The translations under genes were made by a program, and so were the position numbers. From Candidatus Hydrogenedentota bacterium (GTDB lineage: Bacteria > Hydrogenedentota > Hydrogenedentia > Hydrogenedentales > JAEUWI01): a stretch of DNA of 42,013 nucleotides. Below are positions 28,987-37,021 of this stretch, piece by piece. Location: positions 1 through 42,013 of the forward strand of contig JAXMOL010000063.1 in assembly GCA_034669905.1 (NCBI GenBank), in the 5' to 3' direction. The notes under the pieces are model-generated. The model was not told where the DNA came from and did not search any database. It saw only the letters and a program-made list of their open reading frames with translations. How positions within the stretch are numbered: the stretch's first letter is position 1; each line of letters starts with the position of its first letter.

Positions 28987-30615
28987 ACACCGCTACGCCC
29001 CCGCTTCTCTGCCATTTGAAAGCTGGCCCGCACGACCTACCGGTCGGTAGTCTCGAGATCAATATTCTCCGACAGGCCTGCGTAGCACCTACCCCCCTTT
29101 CCACAACAGTAGTCTGGGGCGTAGTAGGGTCTGAATTCCGGCAGAACACGCCACCTGCGCCTATCTCGTAACACGTTTATTGAAAGCCACTTACACACCC
29201 GCATCCTTGAACTCACATGCACCCTCTCGCTCCTTCTCCTTCGCCACTCGTGTGCCTGAAGGCGTGCACTCCGAAGCATTCTTTGTGCGCTAGCTATATA
29301 GCATACCCCTCTGCAGACACACAGGACGCTGCTATGGTGCCTTATAGCATGCTAGCGCACTATTTGTGGTATTTCCTGAATCGAATCATTCATTATTTCC
29401 GATGAATAGGGAGGCTCGTCTCCTTCCGGCGGGGGGCACGGGCAGACCATCGTCTCTGCTGAGCGCCTGTTCGCCTTTTGCTGGCCGTGACCTGGGCGCC
29501 ACCCTGCCCATGAAGCCGGGTTTTCGCTTTTTCGCAGGGTGGGCGTTCATACGCCCAATGGTTCACAGGAGAAAAAGCAGGTGCAGACGGCAGTACGAAG
29601 CCGATTACACCGTCGCAAGCGGCCATCCCGTCCGAAGCCTGGCGCGAACGACGGCGCAGGTCTTCCCAGGGCCTCGAATAAATGGCAAGACAGGCCCAAT
29701 CGCCGAGAAGGCCCCTGTAATCGATCCTAAGGGCATTTAGCCAAAAGTAAGGGTAAGGGCTGGCTGAACGCCCGATTTTTTATGAAAAACCGGGCTGACA
29801 GGGTCCGGAGGCCATCCCTTCACCCGATTCGGACCCCAGCGGGCCAAAACGCTACGCCGAAGTGAGGCCGGAGTGGTGTCTACGCTTGGGGACGGAGTCC
29901 GGTGAGGCGAAAAATGCCTCGGGATAGGCTTCCACCACGGACCGCTCAGGTGGCATCCGAATCGTGACGCACGATCGGCGGGATGGGCCTGGATACGAGT
30001 TTCCCGAAGTGCGTGGCCGGGGAGGGAACGTGTCTCTAATACTTCAGGAAGATGGCCCGGGCACCCCTCCGATTGCGCGCCCGAGGCAAAGCCTGGGGCA
30101 AGTTGGATCCAACGCTTGTTCGGAAGATACCGTTACACACGGGACATCGGGCGACCTGCATTGAAATCCCGGGACACCGGTGGATGCTGTACTGGAACGT
30201 AGCGCGCACGTTAACGGCCCGGATTGAAAACACCGTTAGAAAGGAGTGCGCCAACACACCCGCCACGGCACGTCGCGGTCCCGTCTTCACCACGGCGTCC
30301 CCGGCTTCCAACAGGCCCACATGGGCTCCATCCCTGCTGGACCGGGCCGTTCATCAAACATTTCGGACACGCCGGATAACCCCGTCCGCCAGACAGCCCA
30401 CCTGGAACGCCCCGAGGGGGCATCCCGCAAGCGGTAGCGCAGGGTCAGCACCCCGGTCCCCGCCACTTCGGGTGGTCAAGTCCCCCGATAACGGTGGTCG
30501 GACGGCCCACTGGGCCGGGAGCCGCTTCTGCCCCTTTTTCGCCCCTTAGGGGTGCATCCATGATCCCCGGCACCCCGAACGGCCGCTAGAAGCCCCATAA
30601 GGCCCCCAACGCGGA

Positions 30616-30631
30616 TGTTCCACGTGGAACA
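30616..30631. other. parS centromere-like site
   Basis: TGTTCCACGTGGAACA inside a 24-bp perfect palindrome at 30612-30635. Confidence 0.9.
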
Positions 30632-30645
30632 TCCGTTGTTCCCGC

Positions 30646-31311
30646 CTACGCGCCTTCTTTCTGCCGGATACTGTAGAGGGAACCGCGGCGCGCGCCCGAC
30701 GTGGTCCATTTGTCTTCCCAATGTTCCACGTGGAACATATCCCCGTCCACTTTGCCGCCTGGATCACCGGATTGACAGTAAAACACACAGTTTTCGGGCA
30801 TAATATCCAGAATCTCTTCCAATATCGCGTCGGAACGCTCCACGGCCCGGGCGGTGATGGCGTGTGGAACGGCTTCCGGTAAATCATGGGGAAAGGTGCC
30901 GTGAATCAGTTTCACATGCTTCAGCTGCAGGGAACCCATGACTTTCCGTAAAAAGGAAACCTTCTTCCCGCTCCGCTCCATCAGGACGAACTGCCGGTCT
31001 GGCATGGCAATCGCCAGGGGAATGGCCGGAAAACCGCCGCCAGACCCGATATCAAAGATATAGCCCCCTTCGGGCACCCATTTCGTTAAAGGACCCATGA
31101 GGCTAAGGGAATCCACCACGTGAAGGTCTTCCAGGTGCTCCAGGTTCCCGCTGGAGACCAACGCCGTGAATTCGCTCCACGTACGCAGCAGAAAGCAATA
31201 CTGCACCATTTGTTCAATCTGTTGGGCATTCAGGGAACACCCGTGTTGTTCCAGGGTCTTAATCCAATCATTACTCGGCATGCTATACTCATTTCCGGTT
31301 GGAGTGTGCAT
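30646..31311 (-). CDS. rsmG: 16S rRNA m7G527 methyltransferase
   Basis: HVVDSL, DIGSGGGFPAIPLAI, E...KK..FL, ITARAV; alternative start at 31281. Confidence 0.9.
   Translation of the reverse strand: MHTPTGNEYSMPSNDWIKTLEQHGCSLNAQQIEQMVQYCFLLRTWSEFTALVSSGNLEHLEDLHVVDSLSLMGPLTKWVPEGGYIFDIGSGGGFPAIPLAIAMPDRQFVLMERSGKKVSFLRKVMGSLQLKHVKLIHGTFPHDLPEAVPHAITARAVERSDAILEEILDIMPENCVFYCQSGDPGGKVDGDMFHVEHWEDKWTTSGARRGSLYSIRQKEGA
30722..30737. other. parS site embedded in the rsmG coding sequence
   Basis: TGTTCCACGTGGAACA, translated within MFHVEH. Confidence 0.88.
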
Positions 31312-31345
31312 AGACCGGTGCTGGGAAAGCAGGCAGGCCTACGCG

Positions 31346-31374
31346 TTGACTTCACCCCGGCGCTGTGCTATCTT
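31346..31374 (+). promoter_or_regulatory. Sigma70-type promoter TTGACT-17-TATCTT with extended TG
   Basis: Near-consensus, upstream of the phosphoglycerate mutase gene. Confidence 0.55.
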
Positions 31375-31489
31375 GCAGCGCTGAATCGGGGTCACTTCGA
31401 CCATTATACTACGTACTGCCTCCCCGCCGTATAACCACGACGGGGATACCACCATTCCGCTACTTTCAGACCCTATCGGGAGATTCACC

Positions 31490-32713
31490 GTGAAATACCT
31501 TATTCTTCTGGGCGACGGCATGGCCGATTGGCCCCTGCCGGACTATGACAACCGGACGCCCCTGGAAATCGCCCACACCCCCGCCATCGACGCCGTGGTG
31601 GCCCGGGGCGTGACCGGACAGTTCTGTCCCATCCCCGATGGACTTCCTGCCGGCAGCGATATCGGCAATCTCTCCATGTTTGGCTATGACCCCGGCGCGG
31701 CCTTTCGTGGCCGTGCCCCCATTGAGGCCGCCAACCAGGGCATTCATCTCGCGGACAACCAGGTGGCCTTTCGCTGCAACCTGGTCACCCTCGAAGACGG
31801 TGTGATGAAGAACTTCACAGCGGACCACATCACCACCGAGGAAGCCGAAGAAATCATCGCCATATTAAACGACACGCTGGGCAAGGAGTTCCCCGTACAG
31901 TTCCACACGGGTGTCAGCTACCGCCATTGTGCCGTGGTAGACGCCTCGGAAGCCGCCACCCTCGATAATATGGTCCGAATGACCTGCGAGCCCCCCCACA
32001 ACATCAGTGATAAGGAAGTGGCCCCCTGGCTCCCCAAGGGCGACGGCTCCGCCATGATCCACCAGATGATTGCCCGCAGCCAGGAGGTCATGGCCGATCT
32101 CCCGGTAAACCAGCGCCGCATCGCGGAGGGCAAGCTTCCCGCCACCTCGGCCTGGTTCTGGGGTCAGGGCAAGGCGCCCGAGATGGAAAGCTACGCCGAC
32201 CGCTTCGGCCTCACCGGCGCCGTTATCTCCGCCGTCGATCTGGTCATGGGTATTGGCGTCTGCGCCGGACTCGATGTCATCAAGGTTCCCGGTGCCACGG
32301 GTTGGATCGACACCAACTATGAAGGCAAGGTCCAGGCCGGACTCAAGGCCCTGGACGATCACGACTTCGTGTACATCCATCTGGAAGCCCCCGATGAGAC
32401 CGCCCACCAGGGTCGGGCCGACTTGAAGATACAGGCCATCGAAGACTTCGATGCCCGCATCGTCGCCCCCTGCCTGGAATACCTCGACCGCCACCCGGAC
32501 CTCCGTATCCTCGTGGCCCCGGACCATTTCACGACCATCGAAACCAAGACCCACGCCGGCGGCCCCGTACCCTTCGCCCTCTGTGGCAAAGGCATTACGC
32601 CCGACACCAACACGGCCTACTCGGAGCGCATTGCCGCCACAACGGATGTCTTGATTGAGAAGGGCCACACCCTGATCGAACGCATGCTGCGTGCCAGTGT
32701 TATGGTGTTCTAG
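31490..32713 (+). CDS. apgM: Cofactor-independent phosphoglycerate mutase, ApgM type
   Basis: DGMAD, TPLE.A.TP, GSD, GRAPIEA, AFRCN, HLEAPDE..H.G, PDHFT, H...PVPF. Confidence 0.9.
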   Translation: MKYLILLGDGMADWPLPDYDNRTPLEIAHTPAIDAVVARGVTGQFCPIPDGLPAGSDIGNLSMFGYDPGAAFRGRAPIEAANQGIHLADNQVAFRCNLVTLEDGVMKNFTADHITTEEAEEIIAILNDTLGKEFPVQFHTGVSYRHCAVVDASEAATLDNMVRMTCEPPHNISDKEVAPWLPKGDGSAMIHQMIARSQEVMADLPVNQRRIAEGKLPATSAWFWGQGKAPEMESYADRFGLTGAVISAVDLVMGIGVCAGLDVIKVPGATGWIDTNYEGKVQAGLKALDDHDFVYIHLEAPDETAHQGRADLKIQAIEDFDARIVAPCLEYLDRHPDLRILVAPDHFTTIETKTHAGGPVPFALCGKGITPDTNTAYSERIAATTDVLIEKGHTLIERMLRASVMVF

Positions 32714-32739
32714 GTATGTAGCCTTCGCACACACAAAAA

Positions 32740-33122
32740 GGGACCTGAAGGACGGAAACGACGTAAAGGACCAATACGACAATGGGATGGTCTGCACAAC
32801 GCTCCCCCCACGCTTAACCGGTCCTTTACGTACTTTTTGAGCCGAATCACCAGCGGCTCGTTCCTACGGTCCTCCGTAGGAATGCAGACCTTGCCGCTAC
32901 CGCGGCAACGCCGAAGGCCAGCGATATCGCCCGTGCACGTAGACAACCATCGTATACGACACGTACCTTGTCCCGCAGGAGCGGAACGATAGGCATTACC
33001 ACGGGGGACCGTGGTAACGAGCGGAAAGGACGGAAAGGACAAGTACGGCAATGGGATGGTGTGCACAACGCTCCCCTACGCTTAAACAGTCCTATACGTC
33101 CTTTTTGTCCTTTGGGTCCTTT
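32740..33122. repeat. Two direct copies of an 80-100 bp unit flanking a CTCGTT...AACGAG REP doublet (32856-33022)
   Basis: aaaggac.a.tacg.caatgggatggt.tgcacaacgctcccc.acgcttaa occurs at about 32765 and 33034. Confidence 0.85.
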
Positions 33123-33260
33123 CTCTTAAATCCTGCCCGCGACGCTTCTTTATACGGTCCATTTCCCATTTCGACCCCATATAGCGTATGATCGGGGGCT
33201 AATCCCGGCACGCCTATTCTCCGTGCCGTAGTCTTGAGAGGAAACCAGGAGACCAGTATC

Positions 33261-34838
33261 GTGGCGCAACGCATCGAAATGTATGACACCACCCTGCGGG
33301 ACGGCGCACAAGGCCCCGGGGTAAAGTTTTCATCTGACGACCAGTTACAGGTCGTCCGTGCCCTGGATGCGTTGGGCATTATGTATATTGAAGGCGGTCA
33401 GCCCGGCTCCAATCCCAAGGCGGTAGAGCTCTTCGAGCGCGCCCGCGACATGGACCTCAAGCAGGCCAAGATGGCGGCGTTCGGCAGCACGCGGAACCCC
33501 AAGTCCGCCGTGGAAGATGATCTCAACATCAAGGCCCTCCTGAGCGCCCAAACCGAGATCGTGACGATCTTCGCCAAATCCTCCCCCACCCACGCCGAAG
33601 AGGTGCTCCGGGTCAGTCTGGATGAGAACCTCAAACTCGTCGAAGAATCGGTGGCCTACCTCAAATCCGAAGGACGCCGCGTCTTTCTCGATGCCGAGCA
33701 CTTTTTCGATGGCTACTTCGAAGATGCCGAATATGCCCTCAGCGTCCTCGAATGCGGCTGGAAGGCCGGTGCCGAAGTCCTCATCCTCTGCGAGACCAAC
33801 GGCGGACGTCTCCCCCACGAAGTCGCGGAAGCCACCCGGGCCGTCCGCGGCCGGCTGGGCGACGCCGTAATTGGTGCCCACACCCACAACGATTCCGGCT
33901 GTGCCGTGGCCAACAGCCTCGCGGCCGTCCGGGAAGGTGCCACCCACGTTCAGGGCACCATCAACGGCTATGGCGAGCGCACCGGCAACGTAGACCTCTG
34001 CACCGTCATCCCCAATCTCCAGTTGAAGATGGGCTATGACGTCATCACGTCCGACCAGCTCAAACTCGTGACCCACACGGCCCACCTGGTGGCCGAACTG
34101 GCCAACATGACCCCGCGTGACCACTCCCCCTTCACGGGCCGGGATGCCTTTACCCACAAAGGCGGGATGCACGCCGACGCGGTGCGTAAAAAGAAGGCAA
34201 GCTACGAACACATCGACCCCGAACTCATCGGCAACCGCACCCACATCGCGGTCAGCGAAGTTTCCGGTCGTTCCAGCCTCATGCAGAAGGCCAGCGAATT
34301 CGGCATCACCCTGGACCGGGACAAGCCCGAGACCAAGGAAATCCTGAAGCAGGTCAAGGAACTCGAGAGCAAGGGCTATGAATTCGAAGGCGCCGATGCC
34401 TCCCTCGAACTTATCATGCGCAAGGCCACGGGTACCTACCAGAGCTACTTCACGACCCGTGCCTTCCACACCCACATCAACTACGGCGGCGATGGCGCCC
34501 CCATGCTTTCGGAAGCCACGGTGAAACTGGAGCTGCCCAATGGGGACATCCTCCACACGGTATCCGAAGGCGATGGTCCCGTGGACGCCCTGAACAAGGC
34601 CCTCCGCAAGAGCCTGGAACCCATCTATCCCGAACTTTGCGAAGTGCACCTGGAAGACTATAAGGTGCGCATCCTGGACGCCCAGCTCGCCACCCAGGCC
34701 CGCACCCGGGTCCTCATCGAATCCAGCGACAAGGACATCTCGTGGGATACGGTCGGCGTCTCCGAGAATATCATCTCCGCCTCCTATCGCGCGCTGGTCG
34801 ACAGTATCGAGTACAAGCTGAGCCGCAGTCGGCCGTAG
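33261..34838 (+). CDS. cimA: Citramalate synthase
   Basis: YDTTLRDGAQ, EGG.PGSNPK, DAEHFFDG, HTHND, GYGER.GN, HKGGMH, GY.FEGA.AS, GPV.AL. Confidence 0.9.
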   Translation: MAQRIEMYDTTLRDGAQGPGVKFSSDDQLQVVRALDALGIMYIEGGQPGSNPKAVELFERARDMDLKQAKMAAFGSTRNPKSAVEDDLNIKALLSAQTEIVTIFAKSSPTHAEEVLRVSLDENLKLVEESVAYLKSEGRRVFLDAEHFFDGYFEDAEYALSVLECGWKAGAEVLILCETNGGRLPHEVAEATRAVRGRLGDAVIGAHTHNDSGCAVANSLAAVREGATHVQGTINGYGERTGNVDLCTVIPNLQLKMGYDVITSDQLKLVTHTAHLVAELANMTPRDHSPFTGRDAFTHKGGMHADAVRKKKASYEHIDPELIGNRTHIAVSEVSGRSSLMQKASEFGITLDRDKPETKEILKQVKELESKGYEFEGADASLELIMRKATGTYQSYFTTRAFHTHINYGGDGAPMLSEATVKLELPNGDILHTVSEGDGPVDALNKALRKSLEPIYPELCEVHLEDYKVRILDAQLATQARTRVLIESSDKDISWDTVGVSENIISASYRALVDSIEYKLSRSRP

Positions 34839-34966
34839 CCACCTGCCGGAGCACGTCTCCACCACCGCACAGGTGCAACGCTGCCCCCGGCTCTGTTAGG
34901 CTGTAGCCCGATGGCGTGCGCACCCTACGCGCCGCCCCTTGAACTCAACAGAGACGTGCGGAGACC

Positions 34967-36559
34967 ATGACGACGGATACCCTTTCCACAGACTCGGGCG
35001 CGGTCAATGAATCGGCCCTGCTGGATCAGGTGCGCACGGGCGATCCCGCCTCGTGTGGTCCCCTGGTGGACCACCTCGGTGCACCGATCTTTCATTATCT
35101 CTATTGGCTCACGGGCACGGTAGAAGAAGCCACGACGCTCTTCAAAGACACCCTGCTCCACCTCTACCTCAACCCCAGCCGGGCGCGTAAGGAAGCCTCT
35201 GCCCGGCAGTGGGTCTATGGCCATGTCACCCAGCTCTGGCTCCAGGACCGACAGCGCCAACGGCAGCGGCGCTCCTCCCTCGACAACATCCTCCGCGGGG
35301 GACTGAAGACGAAAGAACAGGCCCCGTGGGTGGATTGGATGACCCAGTGCCCCGAGGCCACGGGCCCGGAAGCCCTGGCCCTGGAACCGACCGTCGATAG
35401 TATCGGCCAACTGACCGATCATGAGCGGGCCGTGCTCCTCCTGACCACCCTGGCACGCCTTCCCCTTAAGTACGTGGCGGCCACGCTTCGGGTATCCCCG
35501 CGCAAAGCCCGTAAGCGGCTGGTTTCCGCCTTTGCCAAACTGAGTGCCCAGCCCGATACCCCCACCGATGCGGCCAGCCGCAAGGTAGGACGGCTCGCCC
35601 AACGTCGGGCACTGGGCATCGAATCCAATGGCCAGGCGAAGGCCCTCGACAAACTCATCGAGAGCGATGGCGAGCACGAGTCCCAGGTGAGCCATTGTCA
35701 CGGCGTGCTTCAGGACCTCCAGGCGCTGCCCCGTGCTGCGGCACCCTCCACGCTGACCCAAGAGACCATCACCCATCTGGAAGAGGGCCACGCGGCGCTG
35801 GAAACCCGCATTGCGACCTGGGGTTTCCGCTTCATGCAGGTGACCGTGCCCCTCTTCATCCTCGCCATTCTGGCTATCATTCTCTTACCGGCCATCTCCC
35901 GCTCCCGTGAAATGGCGCGCCGGGCCGATGCGACGGAGAACCTCCGTGAACTGGGCCAGGCCCTGAAGGCCTATAGCAACGCCTCCTATGGCAACCGCTA
36001 CCCCCCCATCACGGCGGAAGCCGGGCTGTGGGTGCCCGATCTCACGGCCCTCTACCCCACCTATATTGATAACCCGGCCCTGCTCGTGAACCCCAGTCTC
36101 AATGACCCGGCCCTCGTAAGCGCCATCACAGAAGCATTGACCCAGTCCCCCCCCGACTGGAAGACGGCCCACGAACTTTTTGCCCGGTCCTATGTCTACA
36201 CGGGCTACACGTTGTTGGACGCGGAGTCCCTGGCCTCCTTCATGGCCTTGCGAAACGCCGAAGGAGAGCGTGATCTGGAAGGGGATCTGGAAACGGACGA
36301 CCGGCGCTTCTATCGCCTGCGAAAGGGCGTGGAACAATTCTTCGCGGGCAACCTGCGGGCCATCCCGGGAGAGAAAACCACGGGACCCATCCGCATCCCC
36401 GTCATGTTTGAGGTCTTTTCCGCCACCGGCTTTGGCACCAATCCCGAAGGGGCCAACGTCCTCTATCTGGATGGGACCGTGGCCTATATTCCCTTCGGCA
36501 CGTCCTTCCCTGTGAACGACAGCGTCATGGAACTCCTCGAAGAAGCCCAGCGCCGCTGA
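34967..36559 (+). CDS. Fusion protein: degenerate ECF sigma factor, anti-sigma-like domain, and prepilin-type TM helix with DUF1559/H-X9-DG-like domain
   Basis: Sigma2-like and sigma4-like segments; GFRFMQV...ILAIILLPAISRSRE.ARR...NLRELG.AL; GANVLYLDG. Confidence 0.8.
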   Translation: MTTDTLSTDSGAVNESALLDQVRTGDPASCGPLVDHLGAPIFHYLYWLTGTVEEATTLFKDTLLHLYLNPSRARKEASARQWVYGHVTQLWLQDRQRQRQRRSSLDNILRGGLKTKEQAPWVDWMTQCPEATGPEALALEPTVDSIGQLTDHERAVLLLTTLARLPLKYVAATLRVSPRKARKRLVSAFAKLSAQPDTPTDAASRKVGRLAQRRALGIESNGQAKALDKLIESDGEHESQVSHCHGVLQDLQALPRAAAPSTLTQETITHLEEGHAALETRIATWGFRFMQVTVPLFILAILAIILLPAISRSREMARRADATENLRELGQALKAYSNASYGNRYPPITAEAGLWVPDLTALYPTYIDNPALLVNPSLNDPALVSAITEALTQSPPDWKTAHELFARSYVYTGYTLLDAESLASFMALRNAEGERDLEGDLETDDRRFYRLRKGVEQFFAGNLRAIPGEKTTGPIRIPVMFEVFSATGFGTNPEGANVLYLDGTVAYIPFGTSFPVNDSVMELLEEAQRR

Positions 36560-36564
36560 GCGGC

Positions 36565-36858
36565 GGGGACTGCACCGACGACAGGGGCCCTGCAACAGAA
36601 ACGCACGTGAGGGGCCATACGGCTAACGAACGAACTCCCGGGTGCCACCCTCAAGCGGGGCGGCTACGCCGCGACGCTTGTGGGTGATACGATTTCTCGG
36701 CAGAGAGGCCACAGGGTAGAATTCAAGCCAAGGGACCTACATCACGCTTTTGAGCGTGGGGTCTCTAATTCCAACACACCCACAAACTTCCCCCGCTGCG
36801 CTCCTCCGTTTGAGGGTGGCACCCCAAGCGCTCTCGAAACAAGGTGACGTTGTCCCTC
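36565..36858. repeat. Family A left end (36565) followed by a family C copy (36640-36824, inverted relative to 16129)
   Basis: GGGGACTGCACCGACG; GGGTGCCACCC...GGGTGGCACCC. Confidence 0.8.
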
Positions 36859-36961
36859 AATGCAATCCGCTCCACAAATACCCACGCACTTCGATAGGGA
36901 CACTCTCTTCGCCGCAAACAGAAATGTCCGCGATCCGATGCGACATGCTCTATCCCCCATG

Positions 36962-36995
36962 AAAAACGCCCCCCTTCAAGCGAAGGAGGGCGTTT
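36962..36995 (-). terminator. Intrinsic terminator
   Basis: AAACGCCC.CCTTC/GAAGG.GGGCGTTT stem, T5 tail on the minus strand. Confidence 0.8.
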
Positions 36996-37021
36996 GGGTT
37001 CTACAGGGAGTACGAGACGGT

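Noticed and set aside
30132..30231. Two ATTGAAA motifs 63 bp apart resembling CRISPR repeat ends
   Set aside because: The sequence upstream of each motif is dissimilar, there are only two units, and no cas genes are in the window.
30052..30549. 165-aa ORF in the non-coding block
   Set aside because: Arg/Pro/Ala-rich composition typical of spurious GC-rich frames, with no motif; cannot be fully excluded without a homology search.
28987..30645. Firm oriC call
   Set aside because: No cluster of TTATCCACA-type DnaA boxes is visible (only a weak CTTTCCACA near 29097) and there is no dnaA; kept as a hypothesis only.
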